NCBI GenBank assembly: GCA_051313645.2 | Contig: JBNRSN020000010.1 | Location: forward strand, 110,236,001-110,300,000 | Length of the DNA: 64,000 bases | Source of the DNA: Centroscyllium fabricii | Taxonomy: Eukaryota | Reading direction: 5' to 3' | In this document: positions 45,657-58,799 of the stretch, piece after piece | How the letters are laid out: every line of letters begins with the position of its first letter | Numbering within the stretch: position 1 is the first letter of the stretch | Notes under the pieces: generated by a model | What the model saw: the letters and a program-made list of their open reading frames with translations, nothing else | Told to the model about the DNA's origin: nothing | The model's database searches: none | Position numbers and translations under genes: made by a program

Positions 45657-48600
45657 TGTAGGAGTCGGCAGACTACCTACTCACGTTTTAAAAGTAAAAA
45701 GACGCGGGGTGCGGGAGCACAGGTACAACACGTTTTTATTACATCTGCTCAGGTACAAAACTGTTCCAAAAGCCCTCGAATCCGCATGGTATTCTGGGGC
45801 ACATGAATACACGTGAGTGGCAATCCCTTAGGCCACTGAGGGACCGAGGCTGGCAAACTGGTTTTCTAATCGGACAGTGGGGGCGGGCCCGACTGTAGCA
45901 TGGGGATTATGTCTGAGAGGGGAAGCCCTGGTGGCCTCCCTGGGTAGCGCCACTACATACACCCCCCCAGAATCCCCATGTACATGGAAGGTCAGCCTGC
46001 GGGGAGGTTTGACCAGATGGCCGGAGCGCGCGTGGTAGCCCATGGGCGTGTCAAGGACGGAGCCGGGGTCCGGCTGGGGTGTGGCCGCGGCGGGCGGTGC
46101 CGGTGTGGCCACCAGGGGCGGCGAGGGAGGGGGGAAATGGACGGCCGGGGGGGCCGGGGGTTGGGTGGGCATGGGCTCATCAGCGGGGAGGACCAACCCC
46201 GCGTGTGGAGCCGGGGGGCATGGGTCGGACAGGGCGGGGTCCACGTGTGCCGCCTTCAGCCTGTCGATGGACACCAGGTCCTTCTTCCCGCCGACCGTGA
46301 GGAGGAAAGCCTTGTCCCCTGTCTCCAGGACGTGGAAGGGGCCCGTGTATGGTGCCTGGAGTGGCGTCCGGTGGGCATCCCGGCGCACGAAGATGAAACA
46401 GGCCTGGCGCAGCTCGGCGGGCACATGGGTTGACCGGGGCCTGTGGGACGACGTGGGTGCGGGGAGTAAATGGTGGGCCGGGTCGTTGCTGCGGGCCAGC
46501 TGTTCGGCCGCCGACCAACCCTCGGTGGTTGAGGGGAGAAATTCCCCGGGGATGCGGAGGGGTTGTCCCAGGACTACCTCAGCCAAGGAGGTGCCAAGGT
46601 CCTCCTTGGGGGCCGACCGCAGCCCGAGCAGGACCCAGGGGAGTCTGTCGAGCCAGTTGGCGTCGGCCAAGCTGGCGCGGAGGGAGGCTTTGAGGGCGCA
46701 GTGGAAGCACTCGCATAAGCCATTGGACTGGGGGCGGTAGGCCGTTGTGCGGTGTAAGGTGGTCCCCATGCCGGCGGCGATGGCGCCCCAGAGCTGTGAA
46801 GTGAACTGGGGCCCCTGTCGGAGGTAATGTCCGACGGGACGCCAAACTGGGCCACCCAGGCGGAGACGAAAGCGCGGGCCACATTTGCCGCAGTGGTGGA
46901 GGGCAGGGGGATGACCTCAGGCCACCTGGTGGTGTGCTCCACCACGGTGAGGAGGTGTGTGAAACCCTGTGAGGGGGGCAAGGGGCCGACCGAATCCACA
47001 TGGACGTGGTCAAATTGGCGTTCGGGGACCTGGAAGTGTTGGAGGGGGGCCTTGGTGTGGAGGTGCACCTTGGCGTGTTGGCAGTCGGGGCAGGTGTTGG
47101 TCCAATCCCGCACGTCCTTGTGCAGGCCGGGCCAAACGAACTTGGCGGACATGAGCTTTTGGGAAGCTCGCATGCCCGGGTGGGTGAGGCTGTGGATCAG
47201 GTCGAAAAGCCACCTGCGCCACGAGGCGGGGACCAGGGGCCTGGGTTGGGGCACGGAGGTGTCGCATAATAGCGTGTTACCTGCCACGTGGAAATGGACG
47301 TCGGCCAGGGTCATGCCCGTGGCCGTGGAGCGGAGGGCCTGGAGTTTGGCGTCCGCTGGGCCTGCGCCATATCGGCGTAGTCAACTCTGACCTGTACCGC
47401 GTGGAGGGAAGGCCGGGAGAGGCAGTCGGAGATGACATTGTCTTTCCCGGACACGTGGCGGATGTCGGTCGTGAACTCTGAAATGAAGTTCAGGTGGCGC
47501 TGTTGGCGCACCAACCAGGGTTCGGTGACTTTGGCCATGGCGAAGGTATGGGGCTTGTGGTCAACGTAGGCCGTGAACGGGCGGCCTTTGAGGAGGAAAC
47601 GGAAGTGCCGCGAGGAAAATGGCCAGCAGCTCCTGGTCAAAGGTGCTGTATGCCAGTTAGTTCTTCCACAGTTGACGGCTGACGAATGCGAGGGGCTGCC
47701 AAGACCCGTTGACCCACTGCTGCTGGACCGCGCCGATGGCGTGGTCCGAGGCATTGGTGGTAAGCGCCAGCGGGGCGCCCGGAATGGGGTGGTCCAACAG
47801 GGTGGCTTTGGCGAGGGCCGATTTGGCTTGGCTGAAACCCTCTGCCATGTCGGACGTCCAAGCCGGGGCATTCTTACCAGTTTTACCCCTGGTGGCCTTG
47901 TAGAGGGGGCGCATGGTGGATGCCACGCCGGAGAGGAAACGGTGATAAAAGTTTATCATTCCAAGAAATTCTTGGAGTGCCCAAACCGTGCTGGGGTGGG
48001 GGAATCCGTGACCGCCTTGAATTTGGCCGACAGCGGGATGGCGCCAGCTGTCGAAATGCGGTGGCCTAGAAAATCAATCTCAGTGAGGCCGAACTGGCAC
48101 TTCACTGGATTGATAATCAGGCCATGCTGTGATAACCGCTGGAAAAGAGTGTGTAAATGAACAACATGCTGTGCTTTGTCCGCGCTCGCAACCAGAATAT
48201 CATCCAAGTACACATATAGGAAGTCCAAGTCCCGGAGGACTGATTCCATTATTCGTTGGAACGCCTGTGCCGCATTCTTTAGGCCGAACGGCATGCGCAG
48301 TAATTCGTAAAGTCCAAAGGGGGTGTTGACTGCCGTCTTCGGGATGTCATCGGGGTGTACTGGGACCTGGTGATAGCCCCGGACGAGGTCGACCTTGGAA
48401 AAGATCGATTTACCCGCCAGGTTTGCTGAAAAGTCTTGTATGTGCGGTACTGGGTACCGGTCTAGCATAGTGGCGTCGTTGAGGCATCTGTAGTCCCCAC
48501 ATGGCCTCCAGCCACCACCGGGCTTGGGGACGATGTGGAGCGGCGATGACCATGAGCTGTTGGAGGGGCGGATGATGCCGAGCTTCTCAATGGCCGAGAA

Positions 48601-49890
48601 CTCCTCCTTGGCCGCCGCCATTTTTGTGGGGTCCAGGCGCCTGGCGCGGGCGAAAACTGGCGGGCCCATGGTGCAGATGTGATGCTGCACGCCATGCTTG
48701 GCCTCCACAACCGAGAAGGTGGGCTGTGTGATTGTGGGGAACTCGGTCAGGAGCTTGGCGAATTCGTCGTGGGGGGATGAGGCGCAGGAGCTCACCAAGG
48801 TCGTGCTGTTGCTCTGCTGGCAGGGCAGGGAGGCGAAAGTGGAAGCGTCCATGAGCCGCCTGCCCCGGATGTCCACGAGGAGGCCGTGGGCACATAGAAA
48901 GTCCGCACTGAGGAGCGGCTGGTCCACGGCGGCCGTAACGAAGTCCCACGTGAAACGCTGCCCCCCGATACAGACCTCCGCCCGCCGCTTACCAAATGTA
49001 ATGGCGGCACCGTTGACTGCCACGAGGGGTGGGCCTGTGGGGCCGGCTTGGCGGTCGAGGTGTGTGGCTGGAAGTATGCTGCATTGGGCGCCGGTATCGC
49101 AGAGGAATCGGCGCCCCGAAAGGGAGTCCATCACAAAAAGCAGCTTTCCTGCCGAACCGACGGCGTTAGCAGCGGCTGGGCCCTATCGGCGGCGTGGTGC
49201 TGCGGTGACCTGTGTGGGCGCAAATGAGCAGGGTGGCTTGCAGCGCTGGGCTTGAGGCCCAAACCACGCGTGGTAATAACACAGGCCCGCCTGCGGTTGT
49301 GGCGTGGGCCTGCGTGTGGGTGGAGAGAGCCTTGTGGCTGTGCACTCTGAGGTCCCACAGAGCTGGATGCGGTCCGCTGCGATCGCCAGGTTGGTGTAGG
49401 AGAGGCCCTCTGAGTTTGCCAGGGCCGTTTGAATCAACTGCGGTAGCAGGCTGATGAATAAAGCTCGGAACAGAGGGCAGCCTCTGTGGTCACCGAGGAG
49501 GGCCAGCATCCTGTTCATGAGGGGTGTGGGGGTAGAGTCCCCGAGCCCCGGGAGTTCGAGTAGCCGCCGGGCCCGCACGTCCTCGAGTAGGTCTTGGGCC
49601 TGTAGCAGGCGGGCTTTCAGGGCCTCATACCTGTTGGCCTGCGGCGGCTGCCACAGGAGATCTACAATGTCCGCTGCTACGTGGCTGGGTAATGCTGCCA
49701 CAATGAGGAGGTAGCGATCAGCATCGCTGCTGAGTCGGCTGAGCTCGAATTGAGACTCTGCCGAGAGGAACCGCGCAGCAGCTTGGTGTTCCTGAGGACA
49801 GGGAGGCTGAAGATGCAGGGTAGGTCGGCGGCCGGCATTGGAGCGGCTGTGTTTTCGGTGGCCGGCGTTGGGTCGGGTAGCGCCACTAGA
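45657..49890 (-). mobile_element. Gypsy element F (CsRn1-like); 3' LTR 45657-45957, 5' LTR reduced to ~16 bp
   Basis: aggg TSD (45653-56, 49891-94). Gag CHCC, protease/RT 47956-49134 with YVYLDD, and frameshifted RNase H and integrase ORFs. Confidence 0.9.
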
Positions 49891-52800
49891 AGGGTAAGGT
49901 CTCCTGTTGAGAGCCCTGTTGACCCTCCTCCCTCTGGCCACGTTTTCCAATCTTTCTCTCTGCCTCCGCTGCCTCTGATGGTTAAGCTGGAGGGTGAGGT
50001 CCAGTGCTAGTACGGCCACCATTAAGTGTTGGAAATGTTGCATTATCAAAAGAAAGACAAATGAACCTGATAAATTTGTGTCAGGAGCAAAACTCCTTCA
50101 ATGGGTCAAAAAGCCTGTCTGCTTCTGTCAAAGTGACAAGGCAGCATTGTTTGCCGACAAAAAAAACAGGAAGCACACGCCTTTAAATAGAGCTCCTGAA
50201 ACTCCCAGCTGATTGCAAACCACCTCCTCTACCTGTCGTTCCTAACGGCAGGCGCTGAGGCAGGGGTTGAAAATGAATTTCTGGTCTGGTGTGCTACCGG
50301 GGCAATGAGCGGCTGGATGACACCATGATTTCCGGGCGCAGGAGATTGTGGCGATAGTGGTTAGCGCCACCACAAACCACCAGGTAAATTTTGCCGGCGG
50401 CACTAATATCGCTGCACCCAGGCGGTAAGTCATTAGTGCCCCCTGGAGGTGCTAACGGGAGGTGCTCACCAACCAAATATCCCCTCCATTCTGTCACTTC
50501 ATTGCTGCTATCAGGAGGCCTGTAGACAACCCCATTATACTTTTAAGTCCTCTCTTATTCCTCAATTCTAACCATAGAGCCTCCGCTGATTGCTTTCCCA
50601 TATCTATATCCTCCCTTACTGGGTAATGTAAGATAGTGGGATTGGGGAAGTGTCAGGGACGCCACCTTAACCCTCTGGCCATACCATTCCTGTTGGGCAG
50701 ACAGAGTTAAATTCGACATTATAATTGAATTTCCTTTTTCATTCAGGCCTTTGTTTTCTGGTGTAGTTTAAAGTAAAGGACAACTATACTTATAGCTATA
50801 GTTAGCAAAAAAATCCTCTTTTTTTCTCCTTTAGCAACAGTACCCATTGGTTTTAGGATGTTGATTTGATGAAGTAGACAGTGTTACTGCAACCAAATTT
50901 CAACATTTCCATTTCATTAATCTGTCGATCTGGATTACATTAAATTAATTGGCTCCCGATATTGAAAATCTTCCGTAATATAATGAAATTCTCTATTAAT
51001 GAAGCACATGGGCACAGCAGGTAAAGAATAGCTCTGGTCGCTATGTGTAATGACATCGTAAATACATTCCAAAAGAACGTGTTTATGATTTCACTAGATT
51101 CAGCAATCAGAATAATTCTTCTCCCTGATAAATGCATGAGGCAGTTTTGATTCAGTATTTTTTTTTGATTCTCATATTGATTCTTTACTGTTGAGCTTTC
51201 TCCTATTCCATTAGCTACAGTGATGGATTAATCCTCTAGTATAGGGTTTTAAAGTTTAAATTAGTTAGTCAGAAGAGAAAATCAGCATTCATCAGCACCC
51301 GGAACATTTCTGATGACACGCTCCATTGCTAAAGCAGTTCTCTTTTTGAAACCATGGTTTATTATTTCCATGGTTGCAAAGAAGCATTCATTGGATAGGG
51401 GAACAGTTGTCCATCTTTGGCAGTAAAATGATGTTTTCAATGAGAATGTTTCACATCTTGTCTGAAACGTGATTGATCTCAGCAGGGAGACTGTCATTCT
51501 GGGCAGGAAAATAGTCCATCATCAGTAACATTGTCATTTTGTAGTTGGAATATCTGAAGCTGACTGTGGAGTTGGAGTTATTAGCTGGGACATCGAGGCC
51601 CGTGACAGAGCAGCACTGCAAAAATGCATGAAAGTTGCACCCCATTAACAGGGCTTAAATATTTGCAACATTTCTAAAGTACAACATGCAGCGCTCTTTT
51701 CCTTACTTCCACTACGAAATATCCATTCGCAAAAAACAAAAATGTCGAATTGCATCTGTTTTTGTCCACATTTAATTGTTTACTGGTTAACACATAATGC
51801 AATAGTTCACACATTATGGAATAGTTTTCTGAGTCATGTTGTACGTTTTTTTTTAAATTCAGTGACTTCTAAGATGGACAATACTTGACACAAAGGCCAG
51901 ATTATTTCTGGCACTCAGTGGGCGGGTTTGGAGGTGGGACACCTGGCAAAATCGCAAAGATTCCTCCTCTGCCCCCCCTGCGGTGTGATGCCTCTCTTCA
52001 CTGAGCCCGGTACTTCCCTCGAGTGCCGGGCTCCTTCGGCATCATGGCATCCCACGACGGCTCTGCGGGGCTCCGGCCAAAACTGTGCTAGGCCCCTCCC
52101 CTTTAATCGGGGAGGAAGGCCTGCAGTACCGTGGCGCGGCTCTCTGTGCTGCGTGCCGCTTTGGCCGGAACATCAGCTGTAGTGCCTAAAGAATGAGGTC
52201 GGGTGCCTGTAGAAGCGCCCGACCTCCTACTATGAGCACCACAACCGAATTTCTGCGGTAACGGCGCCAGCGACAGGCAGGTGCTAAAAGTAGTGCTGCG
52301 CCGAGGCTACCGCCAGAAAACATGCGTGAACCAATTTTACCCCCAAAGCCTTCAGGCTTGTTTTTTTAACACTCTTAAATCATTTAGAATTATTATTTGC
52401 TGTGGCCATGTTTGATTTAAACCCTTGATTTTTCAGTCTGCCACTTTTGTTTTTCTCCTTCCTGTCTTTTGCTTTTATCCTTGATTCTTTTTCCTCTGTC
52501 TCCCCACTCAGGTTCCCAACCCCGTGCCATTTTAGTTTAAATTCTCCCCAACAGCACTAGCAAATACTTGCCCTAGGACATCATTGTTGGCCCTGCCCAG
52601 GTGCAGACCATCCTTATTGTACTGATCCAACCTCCCCCAGAACTGGTTCCAATTTTCCAGGAATTTGAATCCCTCCCCCTTGCACCATTCCTCTAGTCAC
52701 GTATTCATTTGAAATTTCCTTCAATTTCTACTTTGACTAGCACGTGGCACTGGTAGCAATTCTGAGATTACTACCTTTGAGGTCCTATTTTTTAATTTAC

Positions 52801-53789
52801 CTCCTAACCCCCTATATTCAGCTTTTAGGACTCCATCCCGGTTTTTACCTATATCATTGGTACCTAATGCACCACGACAACTGGCTGTTCACCCTCCCTT
52901 TTCAAAATGTTCTGCAGCCGTTCTGAGACATCCTTGACCCTTACACCAGTGAGGCAACACACCATCCTGGAGTCTCGTCTGCGACCGCAGCAACACCTAT
53001 CTATTCCCCTTACAATAGAGTCCCCTATCACTATAGCTCTCCCACTCTTTTTGCTCCTATCCTGTGCAGCAGAACCACCCCTGGTGCCAGGAAGTTGGCT
53101 GCTGCTACCTTCCCCTGGTAGGCCATCCCCCCCATCAGTATCCAAAGTGGTATATCTGTTTGAGAAGGGGATGGTCACAGGAGGCCCCTGTACTACCTGC
53201 CTGCACCTAATACTCTGTCTGTTGGTCACTGATTCCCTTCCTGCCTGTGCAATCTTTACCTGTGTTGTGACCAACTCACTAAACGTGCTAGTCGTGAATT
53301 CCTCATCACCGCAGATGCTCCAGAATGTATCCATTCACAGCTCCAGCGCTGCAATGCGGTATGTCAGTAGCTGCAGCTGGACACACTTCCTGCACATAAA
53401 GTCGTCAGGGACACCGGAAGGGTCCCTGATTTACCACATATCACAGGAGGAGCACACTACAACGCAAGGCTGTCCTGCCATGATTTACCCTTAAGTTAAA
53501 ACCACCAATAAAATTATATACTCAAAGGCCCTTGGTTACTAGCACTAGAAACTATAACCACAAAAAAAAATGTTTTAAGACCTTCTAAACTTTATAATCT
53601 ATGAACCTGACTTGTCAAACTAACCTGGCTGCACTCACCCAATCTGCTGCTCCTTCCTGCCCACGTCACATTTTGAATTGTGACGTGGCTCTGGAACACC
53701 GCTGCCTGTGTGAGCTTTATAACATCTCTCAGCTCCCGACTCAAAACACTGAAAAAAAGCTCGCGAAAGTGAGGTTTTTATACTCACTG

Positions 53790-54341
53790 TGTCATGGGTG
53801 GACTGTCACTTTAAATGTCTAGGCTGCAGTTCATTATTGGATCATCACCTATTGTAATGTAACACATCTGATTGGTCTAAATTCTAGATATAAGCCACCT
53901 GTTAGCCCTAGGACTTTGTCGGAGTGTTATTTCTATGCTGCCTGTTTAAGAGTTCTGTTATTTCCTGTAACCTGTTACTTCTGGAGTTATATTTGTATTC
54001 GTTTCCAATCGTTTTGGATTCCTGGTTCCTGCCGTGTGAGATTACCTGGTACACCGATCAAGGAGTGTCCTTTCCTGAACTGTGATTATTGGGAGTACTG
54101 CAGCACCAGGCTTTTGGGCCTTGCTTTTTCAACCACCAAGGATTGGGGTTTGGACATTTGAACTCTGGCTTACCGGCTATCGGTATCTTGGACTACTGTT
54201 ATCTTTGTTGTGCATTGTGGATTATACTCTATGTGTTTTGATATCTCTATATGCACTGTTGTTATAATTAGGATTAAAGCACCCATTTACTATAGACTGT
54301 CTCCGGTGTTCTGCTATTGGGTTCGAAACCGAACCATTACA
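53790..54341 (+). mobile_element. Solo LTR (552 bp)
   Basis: TGTCATGG...CCATTACA termini, cactg TSD and ATTAAA near 54273. Confidence 0.8.
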
Positions 54342-54695
54342 CACTGGGTCTCTGGTCTCTCAACTCCCGACTCCAAAGATTGAAAAAAGCCGGCAAACGT
54401 GAGGTTTTTATACTCACTGGGCCTCTGGTCTCTGGTCTTTCAGCTTCCGACCCCAAACACTGAAAAAAAGCCCGCAAAAGTGAGGTTTTTATATCACCAG
54501 GCCTCCGGTCTCTGGTCTCTCTGCTCCCAGCTCCAAACAATGAAAAACAGCCCGCAAAAGTGAGGTTTTTATACTCACTGGGCCTCCGGTCTCTGGTCTC
54601 TTAGTTCCTGACTCCAAACACTGAAAGAAAGTCTGCAAAAGTGAGGTTGTTATACTCACTGGGCCTCCGGTCTCTCGTCTCTTAGCTCCCAACTC
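54342..54695. repeat. ~81-bp tandem repeat, about 4 copies (a further unit at ~53725-53789)
   Basis: Repeated aaagtgaggtttttatactcactgggcctccggtctctggtctc. Confidence 0.85.
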
Positions 54696-55599
54696 CATAC
54701 ACAGGCAGTTAAGAGGCTTTTTGTAATTTTGACTGGTCTACTGCGGGCTTCCCAACATCTGGACACCATGCCAGGGTAAGTGTGGTGTGCTGTGGGTCTA
54801 CTGTAGTGTTTCTGCATTGATGACAACTGCAGAAGTGGTGTGAAGGATCCACTGGTACACTGGTGAGTTTCAGAGGTAAGAAAATGTTGGGAAATTGATT
54901 TTTAATGATTTTAGACTTTTCTGTAGGTGACAAGTTTGGAATTGTTTGTGTAGTCCCATCACATTGGGGGAACATCTCTCACCAGTGACAGATCACTTCT
55001 GTAACCTCATCTACAGTTGCCATCTGTTCTAGCCTAAGGTTGGAGTCACTGGAGAGTCTGGGTTCAAGGACTCACCTTTGTACAGTGATTGTCAGTGTTT
55101 GCAGCTCCTCCATGCTGTCAAACACTGAAAAATCAGCTGTCAAAAAAAATTGTCTGTGGCCCCTTTAAGAAAACTGACAGATGACACAGCATCAACTGAC
55201 ATCATCTGACACCGGCTTTCTCGTAATTGGCAGGCAAGCTTGCAGGGTGGGCTTAACAAGGCCAATTGATGCAAAATCGCGTCTGGACGTCAAGCGTCAT
55301 TGGGGGCGGGATTGGAACCCTGAAGGCAGCTGTCCTGCCCCCAAGCCACATCTCGAGGAAAGATCACGGCCATAGACTACACTTGAGTCATGGTTTGATT
55401 TTGTGCATGAGATATTCACAGCTACCATTTTCTGAACTATGCATTCTTGAATGTAAACAGCTACAAAATCGCTTCAGATATAACATAACAGATTTACATT
55501 TGTAAATCACTACAGGTAAGGGGAAAACCAAAAGATGTAAAGTGATTAAGCCAGGAAAGAGAAATAAAAAACATGTGAGTAAAATATCAGATCTGAAGG

Positions 55600-58424
55600 G
55601 CAGGCGAGGATGTGTGGCCCAAATAAGTGTTCTTTATACAATTGCACGGAGTATAAGGAATAAATTGAATGAACTGCAGGCGCGAATTCAAATTACAGGG
55701 TATGACATGGTAGCCATTGTTGAGACATGGCTGTCAGGACAGTCAGGACTGGGAACTATATTTGCCAGGTTATAAGGTCTGCAGGACAGATCGGTAAAAT
55801 GGCAGAGAGGGAGGAGTAGTCTTAGTGATTAAGGATAAAATCACTTCAATGATAAGAGAGGATTTAAAGAGAAGTAAACAGGCGGTGGAGACTTTATGGG
55901 TTGAATGAATAAATAGGAAATGATCTAAGACTGTAGGGGGAGTTGTGTATTGTCCCCCTGGTAGCAACTGTAAAGTGCTAGATTGTATACATTATGGCGG
56001 TACGCCGGCTGGCGAATCCGCCTCGGGAGTTCTGCGGGGCATAGCCCCGCCCACCAGGTGATGCGATGACGTCACCACGTCTCTCGGCGTGATGAGGTCA
56101 CTAAGCGGGTAGTTTAAATAAGCCTGCTCCTCGTGGTTCAGTCTCTTTCTTGCTATGTAGTGTTAATTAAACAATTGTTATCTGTCTCTCCGGCTCCTGT
56201 GTGGTTCTTGGGTCCTGCAAGCGCTGCAACATGTAGAGATTAGACAAGCGTGTAACAAAAGCAGAGTGGATTTAATGGGGGATTTTAACTTTCATATAGA
56301 TTGGGAAAAGCAGGCTAGCACCTGTCAGAAAGGTAGTGAATTTCTTGAGTGTGTCCAGGACAGTTTTCTACAACAATGGCCCAAAAATTTGGGTTGGAGG
56401 CTTCCCGCAAATGCAAGCCTCCAACCCACACTTACGGAGCGCGCCTGCCGTTCTCGATTTCACCCACTTGAAATCCCGATCCAGAGGTCTGCTGAAAGGC
56501 TGGCACGCCGCGCTGATGCAACTGAATGTCGGAGTTAGTGCGAGGCTCCGCGCGGGAGCAAAGAATGCCCCAATCATGAGTTTGACAGGAAGAGCTGTCA
56601 AACTTATGAATTATTACAACCCCAAAACCACATTAAATCTTAAAATAAATATTTTTTAAATCACATTTTTTTTTAATTACTATCAATCACATAAGTTAGC
56701 TACTGTATTTTAAACAAAAAGTAAAAATTTTGAAAAAAATAATTAAAGTATTTAACAGGTCTAAAAGCAACTTACCTTTCTTTAAATTATTTAAAAATGA
56801 AAAACCTGTGGAAAAAAATGTTTAAATTGAATAAAATAAAGACTTACCTGATGAAATCTACACCTTGTGCTTGAAAATATCAGCCGTAAATATTTCAAAT
56901 ACTTACTGATGTATAAGACTCATTTATTACATCACTTACCCTGATACAAACCTGTGAAAAAAATCGGAAGTACATAGCGCACCTCCTGCTGCGCAGGCAA
57001 ACGCACTCCGGCTCCTGACCCCTTCAGTCAGGGGAACGGAATTGCCGATTTCACTCGCATGCACGGTGCAGGCCGGATACCGGCATTTCCGAGGGGCCCA
57101 CGCTTGAGTACACCATCCGTACTCGTGCGTTGGGCCCCTAATTTCTGGGCCAATATGTCCTAAAGACAACAAGGGAGCAAGCCATATGAGATTTAGTAAT
57201 GAGCCAGATTTAGTTAACAGCCTAAGGGTGTGTGAACATTTATTCAATAGCGATCATAACCTGATCAAGTTCAACGTAGCATTTGAAAGGAAGAAACGCA
57301 AAACAGCGACTAAGGGGGTGATTTTGTCAATGGGGAGCTTTTGGAGGCGGGACTCCAACTTGTTGGGTTTCAGTCCCACCTCCAACAATTTCTGATCAAC
57401 CCACGCTCGTTTCCCTTGATTGACATTGATAAGCCCACCCAGCAGGCTTAGCAGGCCAATTAAGGGAAAGCCGGTTGGAGAGAACGACAACATATGACGT
57501 TTCACCTGTCAAACATTTTTGACAGATGAATTGTTAACGTTTGACAGCTCTGTGAAGCTGTCAAACTGACATTCTCTGTAGTTTGATGAGGTCTTGAATT
57601 CAAGACCTCATCAAACGTCTTTCTTTTACAGAAATGAGATGGTTGTTGCATTGGAGAATGTGGAGGGGCGACACTCTCCGCATACCCATCAACTGAAGTC
57701 TGCAGGAAGAAACAAAGGTAAGTACACTTTTTCTGACACTTTACCCTTAACTCAGATACTCACCTCTCCACACTTGCACCCATCACTTACTGTCACATCA
57801 CACCTTTGCACGCAACCTCGTGACCCCCACAGATCCACTACTCGCCTCGCTGACCTGGCGGGTTTCGGAACCTTAAGGAAGCCCGCACTTGTGAAAGCAA
57901 AATGGGGATAATCCTATTTTCTGCCTGTTAACTACCTGTTAACAGGCATTAATAGGCTTTAATCCCTTCCCGCCTCCAAGCAGACAGGACCCAGCGCGGG
58001 ACAGCTACCCGCCTTCTGGGAAGATGGCATGGAGGCGGGTTGGGGGCAGGTTAGGCAGCCGCCCCCAAATTCTGCCATTTTCCCAGCAGCCCTGCCTCCA
58101 TAACTGCCTCCGCAAACCTGGCAAGACCGCGCCCTAAGATTCTAGACTTAGGTAAGGCTGACATTCAACTGGATGAGGCAGAGACGGTCCACAGTAAACT
58201 GGAGAAATCTGTTAATGGGTAGAATGACAAAAGATCAGTGGGAGATGTTAAATGTGATAGAGAACCAGTTTATGCCCCTGAGGGGCAAAAGTGCTACTTG
58301 CCAAAAAAACAGCCATGGACAACTAAAGGGGCAAGGGACAGCATAAAACTAAAGGAAAGGGCATACAAAAATGTAAAAAAATAACACAAATCCTCGCGAA
58401 TGGGAAAGATACAAACAACAGACA
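55600..58424 (+). mobile_element. CR1 ORF2 endonuclease remnant split by a solo LTR and MITEs (56378-57151 aat TSD; 57315-58135 taa TSD)
   Basis: ARSIRNKLNEL, AIVETWL, LMGDFNFHIDW, FLQQ|YVL, SDHNLIKF, KTATK|ILDL. Confidence 0.85.
55993..56228 (+). mobile_element. Solo LTR related to the LTR at 2229-2475
   Basis: Colinear similarity to the reverse complement of 2229-2475 (gcgatgacgtcaccacg, agtttaaataagc). acat TSD. Confidence 0.85.
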
Positions 58425-58799
58425 CAGGGGGTAAAAATTCTGTGGCACCCATTTTGGGGCGCTAACCTTGGCGGTGCGCTGCTTTTAGCACCCAGCTAAC
58501 GCTCGCGCTGCTCCTCGTGATATTCGGTTTTAGCACAAGTAGGAGGTCAGGCGCTACTGCAGGCGTCCAACCTCATTCTTTAGGCGCAACAACTCAATTT
58601 TAGCCACTGTGGGTCGCTGCGCCACGCAATGCTGAGTGCTGCGCGCTCTGATGACATCATCCCCGGCGGCGTGGAGCTGCAGGGAGCTACTGGCTACCGC
58701 ACACACCAGCGCCCCACTGAATATCATGGGAGGTGCCAGGCAATGCTCAGCCCCATTAGCAGCCCTCTTAGGGCGCTAACGGCTGGCACAAGCCACCAC

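Larger units (their letters stand above)
25450..50049 (-). pseudogene. HARBI1-like DDE transposase, in pieces 49891-50049, 45600-45656, 44392-44976, 25450-25911
   Basis: Rejoined: ALNRRPYP|PRVFWEQFSYIHLSEEQCL|RRLNFSKEVV...QLVCDHRQRILAVNGRYPGSSHNAFIL...WLLGDKGYPLATWLMT|PLHNP...IEQTI...VCCMLHN. Confidence 0.88.
17584..50487. mobile_element. Autonomous-type PIF/Harbinger DNA transposon with convergent Myb/SANT (+) and DDE transposase (-) genes, expanded to ~33 kb by nested insertions
   Basis: Imperfect TIRs (tggggaaaaatttggt / accaaatatcccctcc) and att TSD at 17581-3 and 50488-90. The CR1 rejoins in frame across the element, and both Harbinger genes lie inside. Confidence 0.75.
10420..50620 (-). 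mobile_element. Single CR1 LINE ORF2 remnant in five pieces (50488-50620, 17390-17583, 16271-16655, 15034-15158, 10420-11156)
   Basis: Pieces read in order: GVVYRPPDSSNEVTE|CINSEIREGCSKSRLVLVGDFN...QAIL|...KERAYKSAKNN|VDSGD...|GPLKIEFG...KPGNYKPISRTS...HGFVKARSSLT (APE endonuclease through RT). Confidence 0.8.
52345..54695 (-). mobile_element. CR1 LINE 5' part: ORF1 with SGNH esterase-like domain and 5' UTR tandem repeats
   Basis: AIVIGDSIVRGIDR...RMVCCLTGVRVKDVSERLQNILKREGEQPVVVVH (52864-53334), with an upstream Cys motif. Confidence 0.85.

Noticed and set aside
46042-46740. Long antisense ORFs over Gypsy pol (also 48698-49255, 40945-41709)
   Set aside because: Expected shadow ORFs in GC-rich coding sequence; no independent motifs.
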